Below, piece after piece: positions 62,371 to 64,000 of a stretch of 64,000 nucleotides of DNA. Below the pieces are notes generated by a model that was given only the letters and a program-made list of their open reading frames with translations, ran no database searches and was not told the DNA's origin. Location: positions 104,346,001 to 104,410,000 of the forward strand of contig OX597815.1 in the NCBI GenBank assembly GCA_951406725.2, written 5' to 3'. The first letter of the stretch is position 1. Each line of letters starts with the position of its first letter. A program made the translations under genes and the position numbers. The stretch is from Octopus vulgaris (lineage: Eukaryota).

Positions 62371-63201
62371 ATTTATATATAATATAAATGTACAATATGG
62401 ACCAATAGCTGTTAACATGGAAATGGTATTATTTAAGACTGATTTACTAAGGCTAACGTGAAAATTGAACAATAAACTCCATTCTTTAATGATTTTTCAT
62501 TACATATGCATGTACTATGTGTATATGTGTGCATACACACACACACAAACACATACATGTATGTATGTATGTATGTATGTATGTATGTATTTATGTATGT
62601 GTGTGTATATGTGTGTACCTTTGATTGTCTTCCATACAGTTAGCTTAGTTGCCATGCAATGAAATCAAACTTAGTAGCATGTGATTGCAAGCTGAACTTG
62701 TTAATGGCACAACTATGCTACTTTTATAATGAGGTCCAGAATTTAATAAAAAGGGGGTAAGAAATGAATAATATAATAAAATATATAAAATAATGGTATA
62801 GAAAATAATATATAAGGACTGTATAGATTTTCTGTTCTTTTTCAGTCCACAAGGCTACTCTATAACATAATATTGCTATTTCTAGAAGAGAAATGATAAC
62901 TGCAGGAGGTTATTTAAAGGGGTTATAATGCAAATGTTAAATAAATAATACTTGATAACACAAATATAAAAAAGACAGTCAAGAATATTCATACACACAC
63001 ACACACACATTTACACAAATATAGTTAGATGCACATGTATGTAGAAACATATCCACAGACATTCACTCACACATATACACTACACATTCATCCATCCATT
63101 TATACACCCATACATGCACACGCAGATGCACACACACACGCATACAATATACATATATATATATACATACAAGAGTTAAGGAATGGAGTAGATAAGATCT
63201 G

Positions 63202-63290
63202 TGCTACATATGTTTCATAGTGAATGGAACTTTGGAAGTGGCAAATATCTAAACGAAGTATATACTGTAGACTACTCTTCAGGCCAAGAA
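63202..63290 (-). ncRNA. Type I hammerhead ribozyme (mirror copy)
   Basis: Minus strand ggc-CTGAAGA-gtagt...actat-GAAAC-ATAT-GTA-gca. Confidence 0.65.
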
Positions 63291-63356
63291 TATCTTGGTT
63301 AAATGAAAGTTTACATTGTTGCAAGCAGATATATGTTAACACATCGAAGGTTGAAT

Positions 63357-63432
63357 TCTTGGCCTGAAGAGTAGCCTGTGATATACATCTTGCTTGGAGT
63401 TTCTGCTTGCTATGAAACATATGTAGCCTGGA
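63357..63432 (+). ncRNA. Type I hammerhead ribozyme with extended stem II
   Basis: tcttggc-CTGAAGA-gtagc...gctat-GAAAC-ATAT-GTA-gcctgga; predicted cleavage after 63425. Confidence 0.75.
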
Positions 63433-64000
63433 TCTTATCTACTCCATTCCTTTACTTGTGTATTCTTATTTGCATACCTGGCAATCTTGGAAATATAAAA
63501 AGAACTTCTTTCAATTTATTATACTTCAATAAGATAAAAATCCACAACCTTTGTCTCAATAAACCACTATTGTCCCTGAAAGATTTTTTAAATATTTATT
63601 TGCTTGAAGCTAACTTTCTCCCTACACCTCAATCCTTAGATCTTATATATATATATTTATATATATATATATATATACACACTGCTGATTAATGATCTAG
63701 AAACAAAGTACCCAGCACAAAACATAGAATATAATAGTTTATTTAGACTGGTCATTGATACCCTCTCTTCTCTTTATTCCGCTCTACAGTCACCCTCCTC
63801 ACTATTTACTGTACAAGTATTATGCTGCCACTGTACCCAAAGCTGGCAGTGAATTCCATGTTTCCTGTGTAACAAAGAATATCATTGGGCCTTTCTGAAC
63901 CTTTCAAATCCCAAACACTTTTCCTTCTATTCACTGAACCACATCACCCATGTAATGAGAGATGAAGTTGGCCCCACATGTATTCAGTTACTCCCACTAC

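Larger units (their letters stand above)
63168..63640. mobile_element. (TA)n-embedded foldback plus tail with a hammerhead in each arm
   Basis: 63168-63292 is the inverse of 63355-63462; tail to about 63640, then (TA)n. Confidence 0.88.

Overview
AT-rich, microsatellite-saturated animal genomic DNA. The SINE/LINE repertoire looks like a coleoid cephalopod, probably Octopus (inference). No complete host gene is visible, and nearly all listed ORFs are microsatellite translations or transposon relics. Recognisable content: degraded RTE LINEs, a CR1 LINE, a decayed Ty3/Gypsy internal region, piggyBac relics, a DD41D Tc1/mariner foldback, a non-autonomous Helitron, several tRNA-derived SINE families, two Penelope-like elements (PLEs), (TAA)n-inserted elements, and one candidate retinoblastoma-family exon on the minus strand. 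The most striking signal is more than a dozen short foldback elements of mostly unrelated sequence, most of them in or beside (TA)n tracts. Many share the layout arm - loop - inverted arm - unique tail. Many also carry type I hammerhead ribozyme motifs (stem I - CUGANGA - stem II - GAAAC - short near-palindromic stem III - GUH). The GIY-YIG-bearing PLE at 32882-34862 has the same terminal layout, which suggests the foldbacks are minimal PLE products that colonise microsatellites. All identifications are by eye, and element boundaries are approximate.
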